Of a DNA stretch of 64,000 nucleotides, positions 35,930 to 49,286 are shown piece after piece. Origin of the DNA: Mobula hypostoma. Its lineage: Eukaryota. The translations under genes were made by a program, and so were the position numbers. The first letter of the stretch is position 1. Each line of letters begins with the position of its first letter. The DNA lies in NCBI RefSeq assembly GCF_963921235.1, contig NC_086108.1:43402001-43466000 (forward strand), in the 5' to 3' direction. Below the pieces are notes generated by a model. It searched no databases. It was not told the origin of the DNA and saw nothing but the letters and a program-made list of their open reading frames with translations.

Positions 35930-38900
35930 TGTAACGCCCTGGTTAAGATTTTTACTGCTATGCTGTAGGTATTTCATTTTAGCAGTTCTGTAAGAGCAGT
36001 CTTCTGCTTTTAGCATGTTTGGGTTCGAGCTGAAGATAAGGGGCTATGTTGTTCAACTTAGGAATGTTGTATCAGTCAATCAGGATGGTGGAATTGGGAG
36101 AAGGTTCTAGAGAACGCTGGATGGATCAAGGTCTTTTTGGCAGGAGCTGGGCTAAGACAAGGAGAAAGAGATGGCTGAGGGTGCTGTCCCTGTTGCACAA
36201 GGTAATTTGTGCAGATGAATGGCTTCAAGGAGGAAGGACCAGTACTCTTGTGGGGAAGCATGTTTGTTCGAGGTGGATTTTGAGTGACATTCAGGAGGTG
36301 GTGTGAGCTTTCTTTTTTTTTTATTGTACTAGGGAACCATTTAATTGTTTTTTTTAAATTTTATTTTTATTTGGATAAGGAATTCACAATTATCATGTAC
36401 TTTTTTCACACATATAACCTTTTCCATTTTTTTATATGTATAAAACTACAATTATTTATACATTCTTAAGTACACGTTGAGATGATATAAAAGGAAAATA
36501 AACATTTAAATAGATAATTACGTACTGTGGTAAATCTAACCTATTAGGCTAAGTAATGAAATTAGTTGTTAAGAAAAATGGTAATAATAGTTTCCATACA
36601 ACCCTTCTGGACCATTTCCACTGGTCCAAAATGTTGCATACAATCCTGTATACCAACCATTGTAGGTGTTTATATCCCAATTTGTTCGTGCTTGTTCCTG
36701 CCCGCAGACATAATTATCCAATCCCTATGTACTTATTTACTTAATTTTTTCATTTTTTTTATCCCTTTCCCAAATCTTTCCCTTTACTTGTGTTAATTCT
36801 CTATTTTCCAAAAAAAACAAACATTTAGACTAGAGGTGCTTACGTTAGCAATATTACTGTGTTGATGAGAAGAGCAATATAAATCATTAGGAGAGTCATC
36901 TAGAGTCTGCTCGCATTGGGGTTATATATTCAATCCATTTATTCCAGATTTGATAAAATGTTTCTTTTTGAGTTCTCAGGGAGTAGGTCAACTTTTCCAT
37001 TTTAAATATTTCCAAGATAATTTCGTACCAATCTTCTAATGTAGGCGGTATTGGATTTAGCCATTTTCTAGTGATTGATTTCTTACTTGCCGCTAAGAGG
37101 GCCTGCAGCAACTTTATATCTTCCTTCTGTTCAAGGAACAATACATGCCCCAAATAGAGCGTCTCAAAGTTCAGAGGTATCTGGGACCTAAGTACCTTAA
37201 CTAATGTTCTATGAATACCTTCCCAAAATAGACTTAATTTAGGGCAATCCCAGAAAATATGAAAATGATTCGCCTCCTTGGAGCCGCACCTTCTCCAACA
37301 CATCACATTTGTATCTTTATATTTTTCCTGATATGGGGTCTTGAAGTATCTTATAATGTTTTTCCAACAATGTTCTCTCCAAGTCAAAGAATTAGTCGAG
37401 GACCATTGAAAGCTGCAGATTTTCCCCCAAGCCTCCTCTGACAGTACCAACCCCGCTTCTTTCTCCCACTTCTCTTTAATATACAGTGTATTTACATTTT
37501 TAGCATGGGAGAGTGCATTATATAGGCGAGAAACTGATTTACTAGGTATTGAACTGCAAGCCGAATTCAGAATCTTGAAAAATTCTAATTCTACTGTTGA
37601 TAGGTCTGTATATCTACAACTCTGGTTAACATAGTTTTGTATTTGAAGGTACCTAAAAAAGTCATTATGTTCTAGGCCATGTTTGTCCTGCAGGATTTGG
37701 AAACTTTGTAATACTCTTTTACCTATAAATGAGAGGTAGGTTGTAAGACCTTTCTTTATCCATAGCTCAAATCTTTTATCTCCTCTGTTGGGAAGGAATT
37801 CGGTATCATATGCACACCATCTAAAGAGTTTTAACATGTTATTAATTCCACATGAATTAACCACCTTCTGCCATACTTTTAATGTAAGATTTATCCAAGC
37901 ATTATTAAATTTTTCCAACTGGGCCATCAATCCTTTGTCAGCTATTGAGGCCTGAAGAGGAAAACTGTCAACTAATCCAAATTCTATTTCCTTCCATCTA
38001 GCCTCATATTCCCTATTACACCAATATAACAGAGGGGTTATCTGTGAGGCATAAAAATAATTTCTCAGGCAAGGAAGAACCATACCTCCTCCTTCCTTCC
38101 CTAACTGTAAGGTGTTATATCGAATTCTAGGTTTCCTTCCTTGCCAAATGAAGCGGGAAATCCATTTGTCCCATTCCCTGAATTGATTATCATCCACCTC
38201 CACTGGTAAAGTACGGAAAAGATATAATAACCGAGGAAGAATATTCATTTTTATAATATTTATCCTTGAATTTAAACTTTAAAAGGGGATAAGGTTCCAT
38301 CTATGCATATCTGCTTTTATCTCTGAGATTAATGGCCCATAATTTACCTGTGACAGTGTTGAAAGATCCTTCGGCAGGGTTATTCCTAAATATTTTAATG
38401 ATTTAGCTTCCCACTTAAGATCATATGTATCCTGCAATTTTTTGGATGGTGTATAATTTAGGGACATAACCTGCGTTTTCTTTACATTTATTTTATAACC
38501 TGATATTTTCCCAAAGTCATCCAACAGTGTAAACAATCCTATAAATGATTTTTCTGGTTCACTCAGATAGACCAAAACATCATCTGCGAATAACGCCACT
38601 TTCTGTTCAATCCCTGCCACCTTGATACCTTTTACGATTTCGCTCTGTCTTATTAGTTGGGCAAGTGGTTCAATATATAGCGCAAAAAGGAGAGGAGAAA
38701 TTGGGCATCCCTGTCTAGTGCCTCTCTCTAAAATGAAGGAGTCAGAGAGGTCCCCATTTATCTTAATTCGGGCTGTAGGGCTGTCATATAGAGTCTGAAT
38801 TACTTTAATAAACCTTTCTTGAAAGCCGTATCTTCCTAACACTCTGTATAGGAATGCCCAACTAACCGAATCAAAAGCTTTCTCAGCATCCAATCCTACT

Positions 38901-41900
38901 ACCATTGTCTCTGTCTCGTTCTTATTAACCTGTTCTAATATGTGCAGAGTTCTCCTTATGTTGTCCTGTGTTTGTCTTTGTTGAATAAATCCAGTCTGGT
39001 CTAAATGGATTAGGCCAGGTAAAAGCTTTTCCAATCTGCGCGTTAATATAGATGTAAATAGTTTGTAATCTAAATTAAGAACACTAATTGGCCGATAATT
39101 GCCACATTCTAGTTTATCTTTACCCTCTTTAGGAATAACTGAAATAATCGCTTCTCTCCAGGAAGGTGGAGTTTCTCCTCTCTGCAAGATCCAATTAAAG
39201 GTGTTAAGTAGTAATGGGGCTAACTGTGTCTTCAGGGACTTGTACCACTCTGAGGTAAACCCATCAGAACCCGGGGACTTTCCAGCCTTTAACCTAGAGA
39301 TGGCCACGTTCAGTTCTTTGACAGTTACTGGTTCTAATAAACTTTCATTTTGTAAATCTGTAAGTTTAGGTAGATCTAAAAAATTCAATACACTGTCTAT
39401 ATAGGGCTCATTGGGGGCCCGGGGCTGGGAGTACAGCTCTCGATAATATGTTTCAAAACTCTCTTGAATTTTCCCTATTGTACTCTCCACAAGCTTTGTC
39501 TTTGGATTCTTTATTTTATGAATTGTATTGTCTGCTTGTTGTTTTCGTAATTTATATGCTAATAATCTAGCTGATTTACCTCCTACTTCATAATTCTTTT
39601 GTCTCAGGTAAAGAAAATTTCTTTGAGTTTCCAACGTATAAATATCATCAATTTCACTTTGCAATTTCCTAATTTCCTGTTTTAGATTTGAATTACTTTT
39701 GTTGCTATCTACAACTTGAAGTTGTTTTAATTTTCCTTGAAGGTCTGCTAATTTTTGTGCATTGATTTTTTTTCATGTGAGTAGTAATGGAAATAATTTT
39801 CCCTCTCAGTACAGCTTTCAATGTATCCCATAAAATCACTGGTGATGTTTCTCCCGTGTCATTAAGGTCCAGATATTCTTTGATTTCTCCCCTTAATCTC
39901 TCCATTACTTTCGGGTTATTGAGTATATGTGAGTTTAGCCTCCATAGTGTTATAGTGTTTTCCTCATTTTCCTTTCCAGGATTAGAGACATAGAGACTGG
40001 GCTATGATCCGACAGATCAATTGTTGCAATATTACAGTTTTTTATCCTGAGTCTATCTGTATTAAAGATAAAGAAATAGTCTATCCTTGAATAGGCTGAA
40101 TGAAGGAAAGAGTAATATGTATAATCTTTACTAGTAGGGTGTAATTCCCTCCAGACATCTATAATCCCCAACTCCTCCATCAATGAATTCACTTTCCAAG
40201 TCAGAGGTTTATTCTGAGTAACTATTCTTGAAGAATCTAATATAGGATTTAATCTAATATTAAAATTCCCTCCACAAATTACTACCCCTCGAGAACTGAC
40301 CATTAGGTCAAAAATGTGTCTATAAAATGACCATTCACTACCTGGAGGAGCATAAACATTCAGCAATGTTATTTCTGTACCTTCTATTCTTCCTGTGATT
40401 TTTACAAACGGTCCTTCTTTGTCTCTAGTCTCTGAAATATGTTCATAATTAAGAGTACTTGATATTAAAGTAGCTACCCCTCTTTTGTGACTCAATTTAT
40501 AGGATGAATAAAATACATGCTTAAAGCCCATTCTTTTTAATTTTCCATGTTCAGATTGGCTCATATGTGTTTCCTGGAGGAAAGCTATTTGTGCCCTCTC
40601 TTTTTTCAATTTAGACATAATCTTATTTCTTTTAATTGGATTCAAAACCCCATTAACATTATAGGAAATTATTTTTACCAATTCAGTTTGCATTTTTCTC
40701 TAGTAGAAAAAAAACACTCTCCTTTTCTAACCAAACAGTAAGCAATCCCTTCTCAACAGTAAACCAAGACATATAACCACACCCTAGACATTTCTGAACG
40801 TATAACATTTGAAAATTTTTCCCGACTTCCCACAGTGAGGCCTGAGCACCGACCCGCCTCAGTTCAGAGGGATAGCCTCTATCTTCACCCTGTGTTAGAG
40901 GGCCCTCAGCAGTTTGAATAATCATAGAGAATTTTCTCCTATTTATGTCTCGACCATATTGCTATCATTCAAGTTATTCCGCCTAGTTTATTTTCAGTTA
41001 CCAGTTTTCATTTTACTTTTAAGTCCGATTTACTCTTTTCAGTCATTTCTCTTAATTAATCTGTATTCTCTGTACATTCACGTCTGAATATTTGCAGCTT
41101 TTCCTTGTAGTTTGACACTCTGGTTCGTGTGGAGCGTCCTCGCCCCACTAACTGCCACGACTTCTGCCGAATCCTCTCCAGTAGCGACTCCGGTTGGGTG
41201 ATAACTTTAATAGGTAGTCCCCGGTTCGCCAGGTCCAACGTTGCCTCCTCCACCGTAGCGTAAGTTTTTGTCCCTTCGTCATAAAAGACTCTCAGCCGAG
41301 TTGGATACAGGGTCTGGAATCTGATGTTGTTTTCCTTCAGGACTCTCCGTGTTTCCGTATATTCCTTCCGTCTGGCAAGAATCCCCGGTGCGTAGTCGTG
41401 GTCTAAACTGATTTTGCAGTTGTTCCACATGAAACCTTTCTTTTGCCATGCTCTTTTAAGCACCTCTTCCTTCGTTCTGTAACTGAGAAATCTGATCAGA
41501 ATCGATCTGGGCTGGCGCCTGCCGGAGGCTGTAGTGCCAACGCGCGGTGAGCCCTTTCTATCTGTAGGTCTTTTGCGGCCGGTATATCAAGGTTCTCTCT
41601 AAGCAGCTTCTCCACGAAGGGAATCATCAATCCGGGTTTACCTTCGGTTCCTTCGGGAACTCCGTAGATCCTCACATTTTCCCTTCTCGAACGGCCTTCT
41701 TGATCTATTAGTTTCCACTGGAGCTGGTCTTGTAGCTTCAGCATTTCTGCATCGCTTCCTCGGCGTTTTGTAGCTTCTCTTCAATTCCAACAATCCTCGC
41801 TTCGGCTCCATCTATCCGCGAGTTAGTTTTTACTATTTCTCCTTTAATATCTTCCAGCTGTTTGCTGTTATCTTGTCAGAACTCACGAATCTCTCTGACA

Positions 41901-42547
41901 ATCAAAGACAGAGTCACCGATTCCCCCTCATTATCTCCGTCCTGGCTTGCCGTGGGGGAGCTAGGCCCGTCGCCTTGCTGCATCTCTATGTTTATCAGCC
42001 TTCGAAGCGGACTTTTTATTCTTGTTCTTAGACATCATCCTTGCCCCTTTTATTAATATAGTTATGCAATATTAAGTATTTGTCTAAATTCGATTTTGGG
42101 GCAGTTTACCTTTTTTGTCGAGAGACCTTTTCCTTACGCTGCCATTCCCTTGATGACCAGTGGTGGTGTGAGCTTTCATGCAGACTGGGTCCAGTGTGTG
42201 AGTTAAAGACAACCTTAAGATGAACTCCAAATTGTGTGCAAATTTGGACTGGGTTAACTGTAATGGGCCCTTTTTCTTTTTTTTTCTTTTCTTTTTCCAA
42301 CCAACTGTTTGATAAAGCTGTCATTTGTAAATATCTTTATAATTGTGTGCAGTCTGTTATTGCCAACCATTAATTGCATGGGGGCAATACTTACACAGTA
42401 TTTGCACAGATCGAGGTTCAGGTGGTCAAGACATCCCAACCTCCTGGTTTTGATGGGACCTACATCATACCAACCTGAGACGTATGGAGTTTGAGAAAGG
42501 TGGTTTTCTCACTACAGAGTCCAGTGGCTGTTAGCAAAGGGCTAACA
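35930..42547 (+). mobile_element. Probable solo LTR (35930-36312 plus 42178-42547) split by the L1 insertion
   Basis: Starts TGTAACGCCC, candidate end gggctaaCA. A related copy lies at 3380-3775. No clear TSD, so the right end is uncertain. Confidence 0.5.
36313..42161 (-). mobile_element. Full-length, young L1-clade LINE (ORF1 about 42038-41056, ORF2 40693-36896) with several frameshifts
   Basis: Perfect 16-bp TSD ggtggtgtgagctttc at 36297-36312 and 42162-42177. ORF1 EGRSRRENVRIYGVPEG and IERAHR. ORF2 endonuclease (SYNVNG, QET, SRIDYF, SDH), RT (FADD) and CWRRC..HIFWDC. Poly(A) tail. Confidence 0.95.
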
Positions 42548-43154
42548 AGCCACGTTTCTAGAAATGTCTGGTTAAAAAAAGATATCACTTCCAATTTTTT
42601 TTTAAGTGTTTCTGCTGCAATCGGCCTTGATTGGAGTGGCTTCCACAAGGGAGCTTGGGACAGGAGACACTCAGCTGAGAGGAGATTGTATGGTTGGAAA
42701 AGCAGGGAGATTCTGAGAAGATTTGGGCCAGTTTCTTTATCTGACTATTTAGTGTCAGTTTCACCAACCCGCCAATATTTGATATCCACTGTGAATTTTG
42801 TCCGTATGCATTGTTATAAATTATGGTTCCTAATACTAAGTGGAAATATTGGAAATCATAGCCTTGAGGACCATTCCCTAGTCCTAAATTACCTTGGTTG
42901 TTATTTGTTCCTTCAGTCTTAAAACTGGTGAATCTGATTTTTCATCATGAAATTTAAATTTACATGACCTTTTCTGAATCTCTAGTAAGACGACTAGGTC
43001 ACAGATAAGTGATGCATCAGTATTTCATAAAATAAGCTCGGTGATCTTGTCTACAGCTGTATAGTATAATGAGTTTAATTCAGTGATCCTGACTTTGGTA
43101 TAAATGTAGTTAGAGGTGCAGAGCAACATAGCACAGATACAGGCCCCTCAGTCC

Positions 43155-43980
43155 TTCAAGTGGCAGATGGAATACAGTGTCGGTAAGTATATGGTCATGC
43201 ACTTTGGTAGAAGAAATGAAAGGGTTTATTATTTTCTAAATGGAGAGAAGATGCAAAAAACTGAGGTGCAAAGGGACTTAGGAGTCCTTGTGCAGGATTC
43301 CTGATAGGTTAATTTGCTGGTTGAGTCTGTGGTGAGGAAGGCAAATGCAATGTTAGCATTCATTTCAAGAGGACTAGAATGTGAAAGCAAGGATGTAATG
43401 TTGAGAACTTATAAAGCACTGGTGAAGCGTCACTCGGAGTATTGTGTGCAGTTTTCGGCTCCTTATTTCAGAAAGGATGTGCTGAAACTGGAGAGGGTTC
43501 AAAGGAGGTTCACAAAAATGATTCCAGGATTAAATGGCTTGTCATATGAAGAGAATTTGATGGGTCTGGGCGTGTATTCACTGGAATTCAGAAGAATGAG
43601 GGTGAACTCATTGAAACCTATCAAATGGTGAAAGGCTTTGATAGAGTAGATGTGGATGATGAGAGGAGCTTTTTTATGGTGGGAGTCTCTAAAATCAGAA
43701 GACATAGCCCCAGAATAGAGGAGAGTCCTTTTAGAATGGAGATGAGGAATTTATTTAGCCTGTGTGGTGAATCAGGAGTCATTGCCACAGAATGCTGAGT
43801 GTTTATGTATATTTAAGGCAGAGGTTGATAGATTTTTGATTGGTCAGGGCATGAAGAGATACGGGGAGAAGGCAGGAGATTGTGGCTTAGAGCAAAATTG
43901 AATCAGCCATGATATGGTGGAACAGACTTGAGGGGGCAAATGGCCTAATTCTGTTCCTATATTTATGGTCTTATGGTCTA
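43155..43980 (+). mobile_element. CR1 LINE 3' part
   Basis: KANAMLAFISRG and LERVQRRFTKMIPG motifs, tail 'ggtcttatggtct'. Confidence 0.85.
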
Positions 43981-45420
43981 AACCACTGTTCACCCAGCTA
44001 GTGCTTATTTCCTGTGTTAAACTCATTTCCATTTAAGCCCCACACCTGCATGCACTTATCCAAATGCTTCTTAAGTTGTACCTGCCTCGACCACTTCTGC
44101 TGGCAGCTTGTTCCATGTACTCACCACTCTGTTGTGGGGCTGGAGGGGTGGTTCTTTTTGGGTCTCTAAATCTTTCTCCTCTCACCCTAAATCTATGCTC
44201 CCTTGTTTTGGACTCCCCTATCCTGGGGTAAAGACTGTAGCCATCCACTTTACTTGTGCTTTTCATAATTTTAAACATTTGTATTAAGTCATTTCTTATT
44301 TTCCCGCATTCCAAGGAATAAAGCTGCATTCTGGCCAACCACTCACTTTAGCTCAGTTCCTGTAGTTCTGGCAATGTCCTCACAAATTTTTTTTTGCTGC
44401 CTTTTCAATTTATCCTGTGTGATGCCAAAACTAAGTTATCAGACGATTGATACTAATGAGAGAGATAAGGGAGACAATGGAGAAACGTTCAAAATGTTAA
44501 TGAGAGAGGAGAGAGCGATAACGGAAAAGAAACACAATTCAGAATATTGACAGACCGGTTGCTTTGAACCTGAACTGTTTGAAGTTTGATGGACAGGCGA
44601 TACCCCAGCAGGAGGATAAAAAGAACAGGTTCGCTAAGGCACGACATACCACGAGACCCTGGAAGAGCGGTGTGTCCCCACAAGTTGGTGGGAGTTTGGA
44701 GGTCCGGTTTGCAGGGACCGACCATAGACTCACAGGGTGTAAAGGTACGATCGGTGGGAACCTGGTGTGTGTGTCTGCCCTTGCCTGGGTGCCAGGTTCA
44801 CTGCGGAAGAACGGTCGTATCCGGAATGGAGGGGTCACAGTCGGTGACCACAGTGGGATAGAAGACATAAAAGGGTCCACCCGAAACCAACTGCGAAGAA
44901 CATCAAAGGTCTGCCTGAATCAAATTTGCATCCTCCCCCCACCCCCAACGGCACAACAGCGATTACTGCGAACTGTACTAAGCTGAACTGAACTCTGCAT
45001 CACTTAAGACTGATCATTTTACCCCTAGACTGCAATAGAGCTTGGTTGATTCCTATTATCCTAGTTCTGTGTACATGCGTGTATTATCATTGCTAATCTG
45101 TTGCATTCACATCCTTACGATTGGAGTACTGTGTTACTTATTTCTTTAATAAAACTTTATTAGCTCCTAGAAATCCAGACTCCAACGAGTGGTCCCTTTC
45201 TGCTGGTTTGGCAACCCAGTTACGGGGTACGTAACACCTGTCTTTACTATAACAGGGTGACCAATACTCCACACAGTACTCCAAGTGTGGCCTCCCCAGC
45301 AACTTGTACAACTGCAGTTTAATGTCCCAACTATACTCAATGTCCTGCTTGATGAAGGTCAGCATGCTAAGTGCCTTTTTCACCACCTTGTCCACTTGCA
45401 ACACCACTTTCAGCACACTG
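43981..45420 (-). mobile_element. CR1 fragment interrupted by a solo LTR
   Basis: LYKLLGRPHLEYCVEYWSPC (45240-45416) continues at about 44410-44030 (LYSLE..NDLIQMFKIM). Confidence 0.7.
44418..45236 (+). mobile_element. Solo LTR, 819 bp (Gypsy/ERV type)
   Basis: TG...CA ends (tgtgatg...gtaaca), 4-bp TSD cctg at 44414-44417 and 45237-45240, AATAAA near 45148. Confidence 0.85.
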
Positions 45421-46577
45421 TGTACTTCTACTCCCTTGGTCAGTCTGTTCCAGTGTATGCAAAATAATTGTGGGACTTCACTGTCTTTTTACTTATTACA
45501 GTTTCTTTCCCGGTCCAGCAGAAAATTCCATCAGTCCTCATTTCTGTCCTATTTTCCTGCAATTTGATCGCTCTCATGCCTATCAATTCTGCTTTGATAC
45601 TTTTTGACTCTTGTTTGCAGCAGCCAGTTAACCTACTGGGTTATCATTAGGAGGTGATTTCTAGCTGAAACCTTAAATGTTGATAGAGAAAATGTAGAGA
45701 CCTCAGACTGTTAAGTATCTGAGGTTAAGATCGAATCCAGTTCCTGGAGCTGTGAGGCAACAATTTTGCTGCTGGTCTACCATGTACCCTTCGTAATGAG
45801 TAAAAATGCCATTTACCTTTTGATCCCTTGGTACTTGGGAATACCATTCTAAACTACTATTTAAGGATTGCGACACAAAGGCAAGGATTCCCTTTCCATT
45901 TGATACGATTAATTGAGCGAACAGGCTCTCATTATAACTTGTTTTTTTTCTCACTCCCTACACAAATACAGTGACCTTATCTTTGTGTTGGATTATATCT
46001 CTTTCTCTGTAATTTTGAGTCTTAGCTATCTTTTATTAGAACTCATGTATATTATTCAAATGGAACATGTCTCCAGGATAGTGTAATATTTTTGTAATGT
46101 TGGGTTACGGAAATAGCAATGAAGGTTTGATATTGCAACAAAGATAATACAAATTTGTTTTCGCTCATGATACACTGGGGGAGAAATAGGAAATGAGTAT
46201 ATGGCTTTAAAAAAGGATCCATTTTGAAGGGGATGGTTAATGATACCAAATACAGTAACACTGAATGAACTCATGCATTTTACAATATGTTCTCCTTAGG
46301 CTATGGAATTGTCACTGAAATCTAGAGGGTTGATAGTGTTTGTGAGATTACCCAAAAGAAACTAACCAACTTTGCTTACATTTTAAAACAGTGCTGGAGG
46401 TACATGTGCATTTAGCTTGTGTGTTAACATTCTCATTTCTTATTCTGTCTATAAGCTTCATATTTAAATACTAAAATGAAGGTGTATCTTTCGAAATGCA
46501 CTCAATCTATCAATTTTGAAATTAACTATCAAAGTTACTTATTTTCAGTAATTGTTCATTAGACAATTGTATTGTGT

Positions 46578-46806
46578 TGGGCACATGGCCAAGTGGTTAA
46601 GGCGTTTGCCTAGTTATCTCAAGGTTGCTAGTTCGAGCCTCAGCTGTGGCAGCGTGCTTGTGCCCTTGAGCAAGGTACTTAATCACACGTTGCTCTAGTC
46701 TGTGCGAGGAGTGGTGCCCCACAGAGACTTCCAATCTGCACCTTGTAAGGCATGAAAATGCCCGACGCAGGCCTCTCATGGTCTGAGTCGACGTTCCCTT
46801 TCCCTT
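46578..46806 (+). mobile_element. tRNA-derived SINE with a CORE-like central domain
   Basis: A box tggccaagtgg, B box agttcgagcc, CORE-like gtgcccttgagcaaggtacttaatc, and a short ttccct repeat tail. Confidence 0.75.
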
Positions 46807-47514
46807 CATTAGACCAGAATTGGTATAATGTAATTATATGCTTGTAAAACCCAGGACATGGAGTATACATCTGAGATTGAAAACCTGATGATTAGTTTCA
46901 GTTCATGGGAGATGATTTGTCTGCCTTTTTCATAACTTTGAAAATAGCTGTTGTATTGGTAGAAAATTTGATCGGAAGAAACTTGGAAGTTGTTTTCCAT
47001 TTGGCATTGTTTAATACATTTTATTTCTTGAGTTTTATGGAAAATGTTGAATATTGCCCTGTACTACTTGTAAGATTCATTACTCTCGTCACATTTTGAT
47101 ACCAACTCCTGTTTTCATCCTGAGAGACAAACACAATATAGCACATTTCTTTTTAATTTTTTGATTCTTTGTTAAAAGCTTTTTTGTTGGTACCATCTAT
47201 ATCTGCATGATCTACATCTGGAATGGAATAGTGAACCTGGAGTTGAATTTTATTTTAGTTAGTGGAGGTGACTTTGTTTTGTGTAGGCAGTTATGTTTAA
47301 TGATCAACTATGGCATGGTATGATGAATAAAAGTTGCACACATTCTGATCAGTTTTTGCTGTAGTTGTTCAAGTATAATCTGATGTATAGTGCATATTTA
47401 CATGTTCATTTGAATTGCCAAGAGCTTGCCTTAAATTGCATAGGCATTTATTTGCATCTGGTCTATTTACTTCATCATATCTGAATATTAAGGTTAATAT
47501 TATTAGTACTTGAA

Positions 47515-48620
47515 TTTTTAAAAGGCCTTTGACAAGGTGCCACGCATGAGGCTGCTTACAGGAAAAGCTCTAGCATGGATAAAACAGTGGCTGATTAGTA
47601 GAAGGCAAAGAGTGGGAATAAAGGGAGCCTATTCTGGCTGGCTGCCGGTGACTAGTGGTGTTACACTGGGGTCTGTGTTGGGACAAATTCTGAAGTTGAA
47701 TATCAGTGATTTGGGTGATGGAGTTAGGTGGAGGGACTGGTAGTTTTGAGGAAGTAGAGAGGCTACAGAAGGACTTAAATTAGGAGAATGGGCGAAGAAA
47801 GGGCAGATGGAATATAGTGTTGCGAAGTGTATGGTCATGCACTTTGGTAGAAGAAATGAAACGGTTGACAGTTTTTTTTGTATCTTCTCGCTTTTAGAAA
47901 ATAGAGGTGCAAAGGGGTTGGGAGTCCTTGTGCAGGACTCCTGACAGGTTAAGTTGCAGGTTGAGTCTGGTGAGGAAGGCAAATGCGATGTTAGCATTCA
48001 TTTCAAGAGGACTAGAATATGAATGTAAGGATGTAATGTTGAGACTTTATAAAGCACTGGTGAGGCCTCGCTTGGAGTATTGTGAGCAGTTTTGGGCCTC
48101 TTCTCAGAAAGGACGTGCTGAAGCTGGAGAAAGTTCAAAGGAGATTCACGAAAATGATTGCAGGATTGAATGGCTTGCCCTATGAAGAGTGTTTGGTGGA
48201 TCTGGGCCTGTATTCCTAGAATTCAGAAGAATGAGGGTGACCTCATTGAAACCTATTGAATGGTGAAAGGCCTTGATAGAGTGGATGCGGAGAGGATGTT
48301 TCCTATGGGCGGAGAGTCTTAAGACCAGAGGACACAACCTCAGAATAGAAGGGCGTCCTTTTAGAACAGAAACGAGGAGGACTTTCTTTATCCAGAGGGT
48401 GGTGAATCTGTGAAATTCTTTGCCAGAAAACTGTGTAAGCCAAGTATTTATGTATATTTAAGGCAGAGGTTGATAGATTCTTGATTGGTTAGGGCATGAA
48501 GGGAAATGGGGATAAGGCAGGAGATTAAGGCTGAGGGGAAAATTGGATCGGCCATGATGAAATGGATCAGATGTGATGGGTCAAATGGCCTAATTCTGCA
48601 TGTGTATCTTATGATCTTAT
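47515..48620 (+). mobile_element. CR1 LINE RT and 3' part
   Basis: KAFDKVPRMRL, WLPVTSGV and LYKALVRPRLEYCEQFW motifs plus CR1 tail. Confidence 0.85.
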
Positions 48621-48625
48621 TATAC

Positions 48626-49286
48626 TGTGACGCTCTGGGGGCGGTGGGGAGGGGCATGGTTGACAGCCCGCCCCTGCATTTCTAATGACCAGCACTGTTT
48701 ATTGTTTTTGTGCTAAAATGCTTTTGTGGGATTATGGTGGGAAGTTTCAGTTCATTTACAGTTACATTTTAGGTTGGGTTATATAGTTATTTGCATGTGT
48801 ATTTGTGGTTACCCTAACTGTAACTGGGGTGTGTGATGGTCACCTCCCCTGTCTGTGAGAGACTGGTTGGGTTCACTGTCCGGGGCATGGTGCCCAGTCT
48901 GTTTTGTGTTTATCATAATAAAACAGTTGTTGAGTTAGCAAGCTTCCTCGTCTGTCATTATGGACCAAAGAGAGAGAGAAGAGAGAAATTTAGATTATGA
49001 AGACACGCAGTCCTCTTTTATTGTCATTTAGTAATTTGTTGTCAATTAGAAATTGCCTTTAAGCTCACGAGAGAGCATAGGCCATCAACTTTTTGCTGTT
49101 GATGCTTCTGTAGCAGGCAATTTCTTTTTTATGAGGTCAAGTTGCTAGCACGACACTCAACCCAGCACGGATGGAAAGCGTGCACGGGAACCAGCTGGAT
49201 TTGAACTCGGGACCTTCTGCCCCAAAGTCCAGCGCCAATGCCACTACGCCTCCAGCTGCCATATTATGGACCAAAAGCTTGCCACA
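48626..49286 (+). mobile_element. Short solo LTR (about 355 bp without insert) containing a SINE-derived insertion
   Basis: tgtgac...gccaca ends, 4-bp TSD atac at 48622-48625 and 49287-49290, aataaa at about 48917. Confidence 0.75.
48970..49262 (-). mobile_element. SINE of the 12197/13129 family with a different 3' part
   Basis: Head and centre match (ctttccatccgtgctgggttgagtgtcg on the element strand). TSD attatggaccaaa at 48957-48969 and 49263-49275. Confidence 0.72.

Noticed and set aside
46578..46650. tRNA gene (also the heads at 12197, 13423 and 23713)
   Set aside because: A and B boxes are present, but there is no convincing cloverleaf or T-run terminator, and each head continues into a SINE body.
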